Assembly (NCBI RefSeq): GCF_018977255.1 | Contig: NW_024704743.1 | Coordinates: 42,100,001 to 42,164,000, forward strand | Direction: 5' to 3' | Length of the DNA: 64,000 nucleotides | Source of the DNA: Callorhinchus milii | Lineage: Eukaryota | In this document: positions 50,511 through 63,892 of the stretch, one piece after another | How the letters are laid out: the number at the start of each line of letters is the position of its first letter | Position numbering within the stretch: position 1 is the first letter of the stretch | Position numbers and translations under genes: made by a program | Notes under the pieces: generated by a model | The model's database searches: none | What the model saw: the letters and a program-made list of their open reading frames with translations, nothing else | Told to the model about the DNA's origin: nothing

Positions 50511-52754
50511 ATTATAGTTTCAGTTGTGCAGGTGAGCAGTGGAGCCTTTCAGTGGCCTGTCAGCTTCGGACATGTATAAATGAAATATATTGTTTACAGA
50601 GATCTGTAGAGATCTGTAGATCTTCATGTAGACAGGGTGGTTTCAGAGATGTACATAAAATGGCTGTAAGATGCCACAGGGAGTGATGTTGAGGCTCAGG
50701 TTGAATGTTTTCCTAAGTAAACAACCTGATGGGCAAATAATGAATGTCCTGCTATCCTACTTTTGTTCCTGGCACATATGTGCAGGATGTCGAGAACTTG
50801 TCAAGTTTTCATCTTGGTCAGTGGTGATTTGTTTGTTCGTAAGTTTTGCTTCATTCTCAAAGGCTAACATCACTGAAGTGCCGTGCAATCTCTCTTGAAC
50901 AGCAGGGACTCTGATCCCTGTGACAAAGAGAGCTGCCAGTTTGATAGTACATTCACTGCTCATAGAGTCAACTAAAAGAAAATTGTCTGAGGAGTGAAAT
51001 AATGTTTTCAATACCTGTTCCTTGGAATGCTGCTGATTGAAGAAAGGCTGAATATTGCAAGGCTTTTGTATTAAGCTGAACTGCTCTTTGGCATGACATT
51101 CCCAAAGTGAGCTTTTGAAATTGTGAGTCCATTAGGTCACATGCCTTTGGCTAAACCAACAAAGTTGCACAACTGACTGTTAGCTTTCGCCATAAGGGCT
51201 CCAGCTTGGGATCTTTACTGCCTGGTAAATTTTTCAGAAGGTTTTTGTGTAAATTCCGTAGTTTATGCAGTCATTTATCAATCTTCCTTTTCGGTTTTGA
51301 CAGGTGATGAATTAGATAGAATTTCCTTGGCAGAATGCTGTCATTTCTACGGATGAGAGCTGGGAGTTTGGGATGCGGTAGAATAAAGTTCCTACAGCCT
51401 TTCCTCATATTATTGCTTAATTCATTTCTTTGTTTAACTATTCTCGGAAATTGCTGACTGATTTTAAAATGCTCCTTTAAAATGTTCCTTTGTAGCAATA
51501 GCTACTCAATGCTCAGGAAGTGATGTTAGCAATGACCTGATGACCTGTAACTTAGCTATTTTTTCGTTATTTGCTTATAACGATCTCTGAGCTACCCAAT
51601 CATGCTATGATGGGATTTCCCTGGTTGTGTGGGTGTATCCTTGTGCAAATGCATGTATGTGCATTTGCATATGTGATTATGTTTGTGTGTATGTGTGGTG
51701 TAAATGCACATCATTATTTTAAATCAAACTGTAATACCAGACGATACAGACAGGAATATCAATGTCTGTGTCACATCTGCATAATGATTAAAATTCCAAC
51801 ATAATTGTAAGATCAATTTTGAGAGCACTGCTAATTATATTCTTCTCAAAAAGACAGAACTGATATTAAAGATGAAAGTTGGAAATGCTTATATAATCAC
51901 TGGGTATATGATTTGAAGCATAAATGGTAACCAGTAGAAAGTGCATTTTAAACAATACAGTTTATTATAGTGATCATGCTTATGTCAGTAAAAATAACAA
52001 TTCTGCCTTATTCTCAGCTGTCAAACTAACAATGACAGTGATTCTCGAAGAATGTTGAGGATAACAAAAATGCATCTAGTTTGCTGTTAGCACCGTGAGT
52101 GACAAATTCCATAGAAATAACATAAAAAAACACAATTAGACCAAATTTACATTGACTAATGTTTATCGAACCTTCTTTTTTGAACTATTATAATATTGCA
52201 GTACAGTGAGTGATTTCTTAAATAAGCAAGTACAATCAATGTGTTTAAGTCTCTGACAGCTTGGAAAACATATCCATCAAACTCATCTGCTCATCACAGT
52301 GTCACGTTTAAAGAATCCTCATAGTGTGGGCCCTTTCAACCAAATCCTAATTCATCAACACAAAGTTTGTACAATGTACCATTTTATAAAAATACAGATT
52401 TTATTAATACCATTTTGTAAAAAATGCAGATTTCATTAATACTGTACCGTTTTATAAAATGAAATATTTTATAAACTGCAACCTTATAAAGTAAAGCCAA
52501 AATCCAGGGTTTCTTTTAAATGTTATTTTGTTGTGTGTTGCATCCTGTGAATTATTCCAATGTTTAATTCATTAAACAAAAATTGTTATTTGCTTTTGAT
52601 AAATGCTACGCAGATACCTTTTCTTTATGTTGTGTTTCTTGCTCTGCAAAATAATTTTAGCAAGTGAATTGATTATTTTGTTTTACTATTTCTGCCTATT
52701 TTAATTTTTTTGCTACCTAACACTTTCAATTATGCCTCATCTTTCTTCAAAGAG

Positions 52755-53560
52755 GGTGGGGTTAGATGGGCGAATTGCATGGAAAACACACCAGAGGAGA
52801 CTTGATGGGCCGAACGGCCTAACTCTGTGTTGTAATATTTTATGATATGCACTTTGTACTCCTTCAAAGTCTTCTCCCTTGATCCCTCACAGTGACATGG
52901 GATGTTATTCAGGGGTCAAGCATCATTCCTCTCCCTGTCCTCATCTGCATGCTTCCCTCTTGGTGCCATCATGGAGTTCATTTGTATAAGTAGGTGATGA
53001 TAGCCATTTCTACCTATCTGCCTTTACTCTTGATTCCAGGACCAATGCTATGCTGACAGATGTCTTTCAGACATGCTGCTGAGCCTTCAAAGCCATCCTT
53101 CTTGTTTCCTGACAGTATTTCCTTTCCTTTAGCTCTGATTGTATTAACCTCTTCCCTCCCCTTCTGACTGCAGCTCACCAGTGCACAATCTCAGCACTTT
53201 TTCTACTCTCAGATACCCGTTAATCGTTTCATCTAGTCCTTGATGAAATCTCCTTTCCTCTGTTTTTACAACATCACTCAACTCCCTCCCACCTCATACC
53301 CAACATAATTAAAATATACATCCACATCTTTATCACCTCCATGCTTGATTTTGCCAATGTCCTGCTCATTGTTCTCTCCAGCTCTACCCTCCACAAGTTC
53401 GAGATTGTATTCCCATCCTCCTAGACTTGTTTTCCATTCTAACTTTCAAATGCCTCCACATCTTTGTCTCAACGTACCTATATGATCTTTTGCCACTCGC
53501 CCGTATTCAGGTAATTCGGACCTGCTCCAAGTACGTAATCTCCTCTGCCTCCCATGCTTG
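52755..53560 (+). mobile_element. CR1 3' end (52755-52850) followed by a highly decayed L2 RT fragment
   Basis: gatgggccgaacggcct...tgtaatattttatgat; then cagggg...ccctcttggtgccatcat and tttatcacctccatgcttgattttgccaat (FITS.LD..N). Confidence 0.65.
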
Positions 53561-54377
53561 GGTGAGCTGTTGTTGTTATTGACTCTGTGTGCAAAGATCC
53601 CATTGTTCAGTTTAGGAGGGAGGAGATTTTTTATTTAAACTGCTTGAAAAATCAACTTTGCAAACCATTTATGATTTTTTTGGGGTCAGCCGATGTCTGA
53701 TACGTACGGAAACCTATTTTTTATCTAAAATAGAATATGTGCTTAAGAATATCCAAACCAAGCTGAGAATTTATTTATGAATTTATGAAGCTGATGTATA
53801 TATTGAATAATTGAAATGCCTGCGTCATAGAGACAACCAGGCCAAATCCTGTTTTCAAACCTTTGTTAACAAACACATTGATTTCATGTGACAAAAAGTG
53901 CCCTTGAATTGCTTTCAGACATTTCGCTCTGATAAGATGCTATAAAAATGTGAGTCCTTTCAGTTCATTTTTTCATAAGCAGCTCATGGATGTTGTGAAC
54001 AGGTTAATCTATCAGTGGTACCTAATACCTGCAGACTCTTGGATGAAAGTACTCCTCCACAGGGCTCCAAGGGTTGACTGTAGATTACATAAAAATGTTA
54101 AAATGTTGCTATGTATGATACATACTATCTAATTAGATCAGTGTTCAAATAGCAGCAACATTATGATTGCCTTTTACAGGGCTGCAAAACCCTCAATAAA
54201 CTCATTCAAAATTGTGTGTAAAGAATTTTAATTTATTTTTCCAGACTTCTCAGTTTTCACTGGCAGAGAAACTAACTGTCATCGATAATTTGGACTCAAG
54301 TCATTTTATCTACTCTATTAAATGATACAAGAACCAAATTAGGATGAGGAAACCTTGTGATCCAATGGTAAAGGTGA

Positions 54378-54692
54378 AAAATAATAATCCTTTGCATTTG
54401 ATTATAGAGTCTGTACACGAAGAAATGTCTCAAAGTACTTCACATGTTTTCTGTATAGTGCAGTGACTGTTTATTTGCAGGCAAATGCGGATGTGAATTT
54501 GTTCACAGTAATGTCCCACAAACAGTCAGGCGGTGAGTGATGAATGTAACTGGAGGATTGGTGGCCAGGACTCTGGGACAAACCTCCCTATGCCTTTTGA
54601 ATAACATCCACCTTGAGAGGCAGATGGGACCTTGGTTTAATGTCTCCTGTGAAGGAAGGAACCTCTGACAATACAGTGCACTCCCAGCCCTG
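54378..54692 (-). mobile_element. Deu-domain SINE, cut by an L2 tail
   Basis: acatccaccttgagaggcagatgggaccttggtttaatgtctc...acctctgacaatacagtgcactccc. Confidence 0.8.
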
Positions 54693-55087
54693 CAACAACA
54701 ACAACAAGAAGATTACATTTGTATAGTGCCTTTCAAGTCGGGAGGACGTCCCAAGGCGTTGGACAGTGTACAGCATTTCAGATATGAGCTGGGGTTGGGG
54801 AGGTAAGGGAGGGGAGGGGAAGTGGGGTGACCAATGGCATGGTCGAAGAAGAGGGTCTTGAGGTGGGACTTAAAGGAGGCTAAGGAGGGGGCGAGGCGGA
54901 GTGATTAGGGGATGGAGTTCCAGAGGTTGGGGGCAGAGTGGCTGAAGGCTCTCCCGCTAATGGTGGAGCGGGTGGGTTGGGGGACGTGGAGCAGGCCAGA
55001 GCCGGCTGAGCGGAGGGAACGGGCGGGTTGGTAGGGGGTTAGGAGGTCACAGAGGCAGGGTGGGGTGAGGCCATGGAGGGCTTGTAG
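54693..55087 (-). mobile_element. L2 LINE 3' fragment
   Basis: ALHGLTPPCLCDLLTPYQPARSLRS...APNLWNSIP, stem-loop and (caa)n tail. Confidence 0.92.
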
Positions 55088-56504
55088 GTGATAAATATCA
55101 CCAGGAATGTAATAGTAATTTCCAACTGGGACAGGGTAGGGCCAAACAGAAGAATTAGAAATCAATAGAATTAGACTTTTAAGTCCAGTCCTGTATATTT
55201 TGAATGTTGCACACTCCTGTCTTAATTCTCTCTCCTCCCCTGATACTATTTGTAGACTGTAGATAAGGTTAACAATTTTGAATGGTTCCTTAGCTAATTC
55301 CAACCTATTTCCAAGTTGAAATCAACAGCCAGCAGGCTAACATTTGTTATCTGTCTAGTGTATACAAGATTCAGAATAATATTACTTGTTCCATAGTTAT
55401 TGTTTAGTTTCTATGACTTTAGGGAGTTATCTTGTATTCAGTCGATGTTCGAGGCATCTGTTGTCTAATACATGCAGCTGCGCGGCTTGTTACAAGTCCA
55501 CCGCCCTCCACACATTGTAATTTATTTCTGCGATGATGTGTTTTGCAGTTCAATATTTAAAGCTGTACTGTTTGGATGTCTGCAGTTTCTCTCCTTTTGG
55601 TCCTAAAACATTAATATTAATTGCAGGTTTGCATTAAGCAAAGGCACAAATGAAAGGAAACTGGCAGGGAACTAAATTGCAGGTTGGGCCACCAAGTGTA
55701 AACACTTGTTCAAAGGGAATGAGAGGTGCTTTTGAACTATCTAATTAACAAGCAATGAATGCCTAATCCTCTACATTGTTTGTTTATTGCATAGTTTAGT
55801 ACACCTGTAATTGCCTCTGTACATATGTTTACAGATGGTTAGCATAACCTGCATACTGGATCCCTGTGGAGTCCAAAATGTAAGAGATGCAATGTGGGTT
55901 TGTAAACATTGAACACTGTCACTAAACAACAGTGTCACTCTTTCACATGAGAACTCTCCTGGAGAAGCATATGATGTACTTCTGGATATTTGCAGTATTC
56001 AACATGAATAAAACACTTGCAAATCCATTTTAGACATAAGTGCGTCAGATGAAGCACAAAACCTTCTAATTGTAGCTCAGTTACTGGTTGTGCTTCAGTT
56101 CAGGACAGGGAACATGAGAGAGCATGAGGCACGCCCCTCATGGCTCAGGGAGCAAATGCAGAACCTGCTGAGGGCTGAAGCTCAGGATGATTCCTGGTCT
56201 GTGGTGTGTTATCTTAATTGTCTCTGTGCTACAACGAGAAATAAATCATCCAAATTTTCTGTCCTTGATCGCTATTCAGTTGTAAATTTTATGCTTCTGG
56301 ACAGCTGAGACCCTCAAATCTCTCAATGCTTTTGCCTGCAGTTCTCTTTCTTGGGTGAATTATGGATCATCTCTAATAATGACAAATTAAGCTCTGCTCA
56401 GTGCTGCAATATTAAACCGATTCTTTGGATAAACATTTGTTTTGTTCAGACTTCAGCAATGGAGCTTGTACATTATGAATAATACTAAAATTATAGAATC
56501 TTAA

Positions 56505-57225
56505 GAATAATCCTCACATTGCATAGCCTTTTGTGTCAGGAGGATATCTCAAAGTGCTTCACAGGATTTTAATGTAAAGCATAGTAACTGTATTTTCACA
56601 TGAAAATACAGTTACAGAAAATACAGAAAACTTCGGGTCCTGACCCAACTGTCCAATGCCTTGGGACGTCATCCCAATGTGAAAGGCGCTCTATAAATGA
56701 AATCTTGTTGTTGTTGTTGTTGTATTTGCATGCTAATCTATACAAAGTAATATCCCACAAACAGCCTTGAAATTAATAATTGATTTTATTTGGGAGATTG
56801 GAAGAAATTTTCTTCTCATTTTGAAGAGTGGCATCTTTAACGTTCACCTGAAAGGCAGTCAAGGCCGAGGTGGACGTCGTCCTGTTGTGAAAGGCACTAT
56901 ACAAATGTAATTTGTTGTTGTTGTTGTTGTCTAATGTCTCATCTGAAGGATGGCACCTTCTGCAATGCAGCACACCCCCAGTACTGCATTGGAGTGTCAG
57001 AATAAGCTGCGAGTACGAATAATCATAATCCTCACACTACATAACCGTTTGTGTCAGGAGGACATCTCAAAGTACTTCACAAGGTTTTAATGTAAATCAT
57101 AGTAACTATAGTTGCATGCCAATTTCAGCAAGTCAATGTCCCACAAACAGCCATGAAGTGAATGTGGGACTTAACCTACAACTGACTCATAGGTGACTCT
57201 GCTAACAATTGAGCCACATTGACAG
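56505..57225 (-). mobile_element. Cluster of decayed Deu-domain SINE pieces with two plus-strand L2 tails (56630-56722, 56870-56930)
   Basis: Deu core aatgtctcatctgaaggatggcacc; inserted gggacgtcatcccaatgtgaaaggcgctctataaat...(ttg)n. Confidence 0.75.
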
Positions 57226-58167
57226 CAATCGTACACCACAGAAAGAAGCCATTCAGCCCAATGTGCCCTTGCTGGCTCTCTGTCAGAAGTTAAATACCTA
57301 GTTACAACAACAACAAACAATTGCATTTATTTAGCACCTTTCATGTCGGGAGGACATCCCGAGGCACTGTTCCACCATTTCGCTTTTTAATGCCTAATTC
57401 TAAACAGATTCACCAGAGGGATCAACATTAATAAAACAAGTGGACTAAAGACTAACGTTTTAAAGTGCTTTGAGCAATTTGTAAATCATCATAGCAAACA
57501 CCCTCCACTGGCACTTGATAAAATAATACACATCTGTGTTTTTGTAAACTGAAATTTCTGGCTTGCAACATGAGCTCCAGACAACACAGGGCTGTTAATG
57601 TGATATCAGATATTAATCCACACTCCTAACAGCAAACTGTGCTGCACTTTCAAAGCAATGCAGTGACTCATAGGAAAGAAGGGTATAATATTCCGTGGTT
57701 GACAATCAGAATAGTATAGCGTGGCTAAATCCAGTCGAGACTGTTGTAATAGTAGCCACATACAGAACTGTTCAACTTTAATCAGTGGAGGGAAAGAGCA
57801 TAACTGTTTCGGAAAACAATAACAATTCTTTAGGAGCTACATATAATACAGAATGTAACAGATGTTGATATCCTCGAGTGATGTTTCACGTACTGATAGA
57901 TTTGTGTTTGCTATGATGATTATACAAATCGCTCAGAGCAGTTTAAAAAGTTAGGACTTTAGCCCAATTGTTTTATTAATTTTGATCCCTGTGTTGAATC
58001 TGTTCATAATTATGCATTGAAAAGTAAAATGGTGGAGATCCTGCTCAGGTCAATCAGTACCAGCAAGAAGAAGATAGATTTACATTTTGAGTATGATCAT
58101 TCATCTGATAAAAAGTGAACCTATTCCTTTCATCCTGGGATCACACGTGTCATAACTCGGTTTAGTA

Positions 58168-58483
58168 CAACCACAAGATTAAATTTTTATAGAGCCTTTC
58201 ATGTCGGGAGGATGTCCCAAGGCGCTGGACAGTGTACAGCATTTCAGACCAAAGCATGGTCAAAGAGGAGGGTTTTGAGGCGGGACTTGAAGGAGGCTAA
58301 GGAGGGTGCGAGGCAGAGTGATTGGGAAATGGAATTCCAGAGGTTGGGGGCAGAGTGGCTGAAGGCTCTCCTGCCAACGGTGGGGCGGGTGGGTCGGGGG
58401 ACATGGAGTAGGCCGGAGAAGGCTGAGTGGAGGGAGCGTGGATGTTGGTAGGGGGTTAGGAGGTCACAGAGGTAAGGTGGGGT
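58168..58483 (-). mobile_element. L2 LINE 3' fragment, same subfamily as 54693
   Basis: PPYLCDLLTPYQHPRSL...APNLWNS...FKSRLKTLLF; shares ggacagtgtacagcatttcaga. Confidence 0.9.
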
Positions 58484-58489
58484 GGTAGT

Positions 58490-59120
58490 AGATAGCACTC
58501 TTCCTCTGGATTACATAGTTTTGGGTTCAAGCCCTACATTGGAACATTAGTTCATAGTCTAGACTGATATTCCGATAACAACAACTTACATTTATATAGC
58601 ACCCTTCATGTAGAAAACATCTTGGAGTCATTCAAAGTGGCAGGGTGGCGTCAAACAATGGGAGAGGAAAATGGGGAAGGAGGAGACCAAAAATATTGTT
58701 GAAGAGAAATATAGTTTAAGGTGCGACTTGAAGACAGGTAGAAAAGGGATGAGACAGAAGGGATGAGGGAGAGAGTTCCAGAGGTTCCGTTGTAAAATTG
58801 GAAAACATGATAGGTTGGGAGACATATAGTAAGCCAGAGTGAGTATGCTGTATTTTCAAAGATGCATTCCTTCAAATGAGATGTTAAACTGAGGTCCCAT
58901 TTGCTTATACAGGTGGATATTATCTACTGACACCATTCAAATAGAAAATAAAGTTTCTCCCAGTGTCCTAGCTAGCATTCCTCTGAGTAAATTGATAATT
59001 CAATGCATGGCTGTTAATGGGACAATGTTGGTTTAAATGATCATCACATTTTCTTACAAAACAGTCACTACACTGAATTGTAGATTAGTATAAACATTTT
59101 GCGATGTTTTCATGTGATAA
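58490..59120 (+). mobile_element. Deu-domain SINE interrupted by an old minus-strand L2 3' end (58575-58830)
   Basis: Head tagcactcttcctctg...gggttcaagccc; resumes atgagatgttaaactgaggtccc; insert encodes NLWNSLP...FKSHLK. Confidence 0.75.
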
Positions 59121-59152
59121 CATGCATTTAAAAAGTACGCTGTTTTTCTTTT

Positions 59153-59640
59153 TGTCAGCTTGCTCAGTTGATATCACTCTCACTTCTGGGTCAGAAGGTA
59201 GTGGGTTTAGTACTTTTTGTTCATTTCATTGACACTCCAGTGCATTGCCTGAGGAGTGCTTCATAGTTGGAGTTGTGTCCTTTGGATCAGATGTTTAACC
59301 AAGGTCCCGGCAGTATGTTAGGGTGAACATCAAGAAACCCAAGACATTATTTGAAAAGAAAAGGGAGTTTTTCTCAGACTCCGTGCCAGTAATTCTCCAG
59401 TTAAATTGATAAATGACTCTTTGGCTGTTTATGGGACATTGCTGTGGGCAAATTAACTACCACATTTACCTACAAAAACCTAGTTGTCCACATTACAGTA
59501 ATTGTTGTGAATAATAAATAATAATAATCTTTGCATTTGATATAGCACCTCTCACACACAGAGGACATCTCAGAGCTCTTAAAAGCATGTTGACAATATG
59601 ATAAAAACACTATATCAAATGTGAGATTAATAATACTCAC
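59153..59640 (+). mobile_element. Deu-domain SINE with an inverted SINE tail at its 3' end
   Basis: gctcagttgatatcactctcacttctgggtcagaaggt head and Deu core; 59511-59580 is a reversed tail. Confidence 0.8.
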
Positions 59641-61884
59641 TTTCTTTCCTTTCTTTCTTAATTCAATTTCTGTTCAAAATGTTAGTTTTGTACTGTTCCC
59701 CCATAACAGCATCAGAAATGTATTCCAGATTATACTGCCTTGCAGTATTTCTAAGTAAAACTTTGCTTGCTTTATTATATAGTACAAAGCACCATTTCTC
59801 AGTGCTAAGTGTTAGCTTGCATAACATTTCTGCACCAACATGCTAGAATTTTACGTGGGTGTTGCAATTGTGGCTTTGCATGACTTCACTCTACAGAGAG
59901 GTACCTGTTCTACTTCAGAAGAAAAGGCAAACAGGGAGCTTATTAACAACAAAAGCAGTGAATAACATTTCTCATAAGGGTTGGGTAAGCTTTCTATTGC
60001 AATGAATGTTGTGCTCATCAAAGCTAGGTATTTTAGTCCTAATAATCTGACCACTTTCTTAGTTAAACCAGCTGGAGTGGCAAATTCCTCTTGTCACTAA
60101 ATGTTGTGACTTTGACAATAACTGCTTGTGATAAGTGCATGAACTTATTTACATGGAATCCTTACCACCAACAGACAGGGAATACTTTCATCCATCAGTC
60201 TGGGCTGGATTTGAACCCATTGCAAATGCAGTTGATGCATTGTGTCGTCTATTCTTTTTTAAAAAAAGGTAATAATACCTGTGAAGCACTATGAGATGTC
60301 TTGATAATGTGATAAGGATCAATATCAAATACAAGGATTATTATTGAAATTGTTATACTATTTTCCCTTAACAATGCTCAAGTCCTATATTACATACTTA
60401 GTGTTGGAATGGCCACAGGATGATGGGCACAGAAAACAGAATAATATGGTACAGAATGCTCATGCAGCTAAGGGGTTAAGGCACGGTGTTGGAGACAGCT
60501 AAAGCTTTAATCTTCTGTGTTGTACCTAAGATGCAAAAGATGGAAGTGTTCCATTCTCTGGCACTGACACCCTTGACCGTCATGAAATTCAACAAAGATG
60601 TTACAGGAAAATATTTTCAAAAGTAATCTTTGCAGGCATTTTAGAAATAACTAAATTAGAAAGAAATCAGCAAATACATTAATAAATAAAACTGATCATT
60701 CACTTCATGACTGTTTGTGGAACATTACTATATGTGAATGAGCTTCCGATTTCTCCTACATTCACTATACTTTCCAATATATCCTGTGCAGAACATTGAA
60801 ATGCCTCACCATGTGAAAGAAGCTAGATCAAATGCAACAAATATTTCTTATTTATTTAGATCCAACATATCTCCTACTCAGTCCAAGAGGTTGTGGGGGG
60901 AAGAGGAAATTGAGAAAAACAAATAGATCAACAAGCTGACATGTGGCTCAGTATTTCCTTTGTCCCAGCATACTGCATTATACAGCTTTACTGCAATGAT
61001 TCTCTGCACGGTGAGTTCTGGGTTCATGCTGAGACAATTTGACTGTCTCTAGGGATACCGGAAGATATTCGGAATCAGGGCACATTGCTTACATGCATCC
61101 TAATGGCTAATTATATTAACAGTTAGAAAAGGTATGCGAGCAAAATGCTTGTTTTCCTCTTTGTTATTGATTGCAGTTAAATAATTCTGTGATTTTTGTT
61201 CTCAGCTATTTCACTTGTAACTTTAACTGCACAGTGAACCAAAACATTATTATATGTGAAGGGCACCATATCACAGTCAGTAAAATTTCCAAATTTGTCC
61301 TTCAAAGATGATCTTATAAATTCTCTTCTATCTAAACTTACACTTCTTCACAGCTAAATTGTATTGATTTCTTAGATTTCCATTGCGATTGCTTACGAGG
61401 GACATACCTTTGCTTGATTTCTATTATGGACATTTTCATTTGGGAGATTGGTTTGAATTTTGGAAGTTCAGTTGAATTTTGTCGCAATCTCTCTGTGAAA
61501 ACCTGAATATGAAAGCTGGTCTCATGGGAAGGTGACTCCATATACAATAATAACTGAGGTGTATTACCCTCCTCAAAGATGTGTGTTTTGCACTTTAAAA
61601 CATGTGTTACTTTCTTTGCCGTAAGCAATAGGAGAACTGAGTCCTTCAAAGCCATAGCTCCAACTTGGCCTCAGATACTGGTTGCTTGTTCCTATTATTC
61701 CAATAAATATTCATTGAAAATCACAGAGTGGATTTATATTTGGAGATCTGGGATTAAGCACTGTTATGTATAGATTTATCAAAAGGAAGGGGGCGGCTGA
61801 ATGACACAAAATAAAAAGTTGGTTTCTATTTAAAAAAGACACTCACCCCCACCAGAGAGTAATGTATGTCCTATCTGTGTGAGA

Positions 61885-62213
61885 CTCCAATACACTCCAG
61901 GGGAAGCTCTGCATTGTTAGAGGTGTTGTCCTTTGAGACATTAAACAGAGGTTCTGTCTGCTGTTCAAGTGGATGTTAATGATCCATTGGCACTCCTCGA
62001 AAAAAGGGAGTTTCTCCCGGTGTCCTAATCAACAATCCCCAATTACAATTGGTCATTTAATTGTCTTCGTGGTGCATTGCTGTGCACAAAGTAGCTGCTG
62101 TGTTCACCTACAAGAAATACAGTCACTACACTTTACAGTGAATCCTGTGAGGTAGTTTAACACATCCTCTTGTCTCGAAAGGCACTGTATCAATTGCAAA
62201 GATTATTATTATT
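61885..62213 (+). mobile_element. Deu-domain SINE
   Basis: gcattgttagaggtgttgtcctttgagacattaaacagagg...gatccattggcact...gagtttctcccggtgtcct...attattatt. Confidence 0.85.
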
Positions 62214-62259
62214 TAGTGGTACTGCCCTGACTCAGATTGATTAATCACTGACATTTTAA

Positions 62260-62530
62260 GCGAGAGACCTGGGTTCGATTCCAGGCTGGGTGAAACCTTG
62301 GGTAAGTTTCCTTACTTCACACGCCTGATAATAATCCCTCAAAAAAATAATAAATTGGTCATTTGAATCCACGACTGTTTGTGGGACACTGCTGTGTACA
62401 ATTGGCTGCCGCATTTCGCCCACAAACATACAATCAATTCACTTTACAGGCTATTCTGTGAAACACTTTGAGATGTCTAGAAGACGTGAAAAGCGTTATA
62501 TCAAATGCAAGGATTATTATTATTATTATC
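62260..62530 (+). mobile_element. tRNA-derived SINE (short form), 5'-clipped
   Basis: gcgagagacctgggttcgattcc...tttgagatgtctagaagacgtgaaaagcg...(tta)n. Confidence 0.9.
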
Positions 62531-62611
62531 ATAGGCTGGACATTGCAGCTCAGAGTACAAAGAGGGTCCAATATTTTTACAGAAATTTTAGTACACTTGC
62601 AAGCAACATAA

Positions 62612-62710
62612 AAATATAGAAATTTACAGCACAGAGGAAGGTGTTCAGTTCCATTGTGACTGTTCATTGCCAATCTGCTTTCTAGGTTGCCCTTTTCATT
62701 CATTCCACTT
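62612..62710 (-). mobile_element. CR1 3' end fragment
   Basis: atagaaatttacagcacagaggaagg is close to the reverse of the 44545-44575 terminus. Confidence 0.6.
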
Positions 62711-63892
62711 TCCAAGTATTTCTCCATAATTGAGATAACATATCATACTTTACATACCCGTCATAAGAATGTGAGAGAAAGAATGCATCATTTCCATAGG
62801 TGGGATGGAAGAGCCTGATTCCTAGGTTCCTCATCTTGACCATCTTCATGCTTTTATATCCAGCTTTTGCACTTTGAATTCTTAGCTGATCAAACAGCTT
62901 CTCTGCATTTATAGCAACAATGAGGGGAATTGCACTGCATGATGTGATAATTATCCCAAGGACAGGAAATACACCCAAAACCCCCACGCTATGTCGAGTG
63001 GGGGACATATTCCATTCTAAAGAAAGCTAGTATTTAGGAATGAATGGATATATGCAATGTATCATAACATGTTGAATATTATCATCAAATTTGTTATGGA
63101 ATGTCACAAATTTCAATACCATGCTCTCAGGATCTAGGTTTCTTTTGAAATAAAATTGGAATTTGCCAACAGTTCATGTTGAGCTGTAATTTGAATGTTT
63201 TGCCTTCTCAGACATGTCTCGAGCTTTGTCCACATTTTGGAAACCCGTGGCCTAAACTAATAGCATTAAGATGAAAATGTTAATGCTTGGAGGTGTTAAG
63301 TTAAAACCCTGCTAATAGGAGTTTAGCTCTTGGCTAACTTGCTTTATAATTCCAATGATGCAGACAATATCTTGGCTTTTGTAATTTTAAACATTTAGAG
63401 GTTTTGTAGAGCAGAGATTTTTAATTGACGTTTTGTTCACTGCTGTATCAAAAAATTAAAATACTAACATGATGACTATTTTATTAAATGCTGCCCTTTG
63501 CAGTAATTGATATGCTTTTCAGAAATATTAATTGTTCGGAATATTTTCTTTCCTTATTAGTTGAAATGTTGCAGTTTGCTAAGAACAGAGGAGCCTTTGT
63601 AAGGTGGTATATCAAATGCAAAAATTATTATTATTAATGGAGAAGCCTTTGTAAGGGTTGAAACCGAATTGGATCAGAAGCAAAGATTTATGAAATTGTT
63701 CTTAGTGTCTCCAGTGACAATCAGATCTGAAGAAATCCATTCTAACACCGATCATCACTGTCACAATTAATTTTATACGATATATGGACTAGACTAGTCT
63801 AAGATATTGATTCAACTCCATTCTTTCTTATGTCATAGGTAAGGAGGTTAAGCATGAAATAACTACTTTCTGTGCAATGCATCAACACACTC

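Noticed and set aside
50585..50630. agatctgtag tandem repeat
   Set aside because: A trivial 10-bp slippage duplication.
61338..61655. 105-aa minus-strand ORF
   Set aside because: No recognisable domain or exon boundaries.
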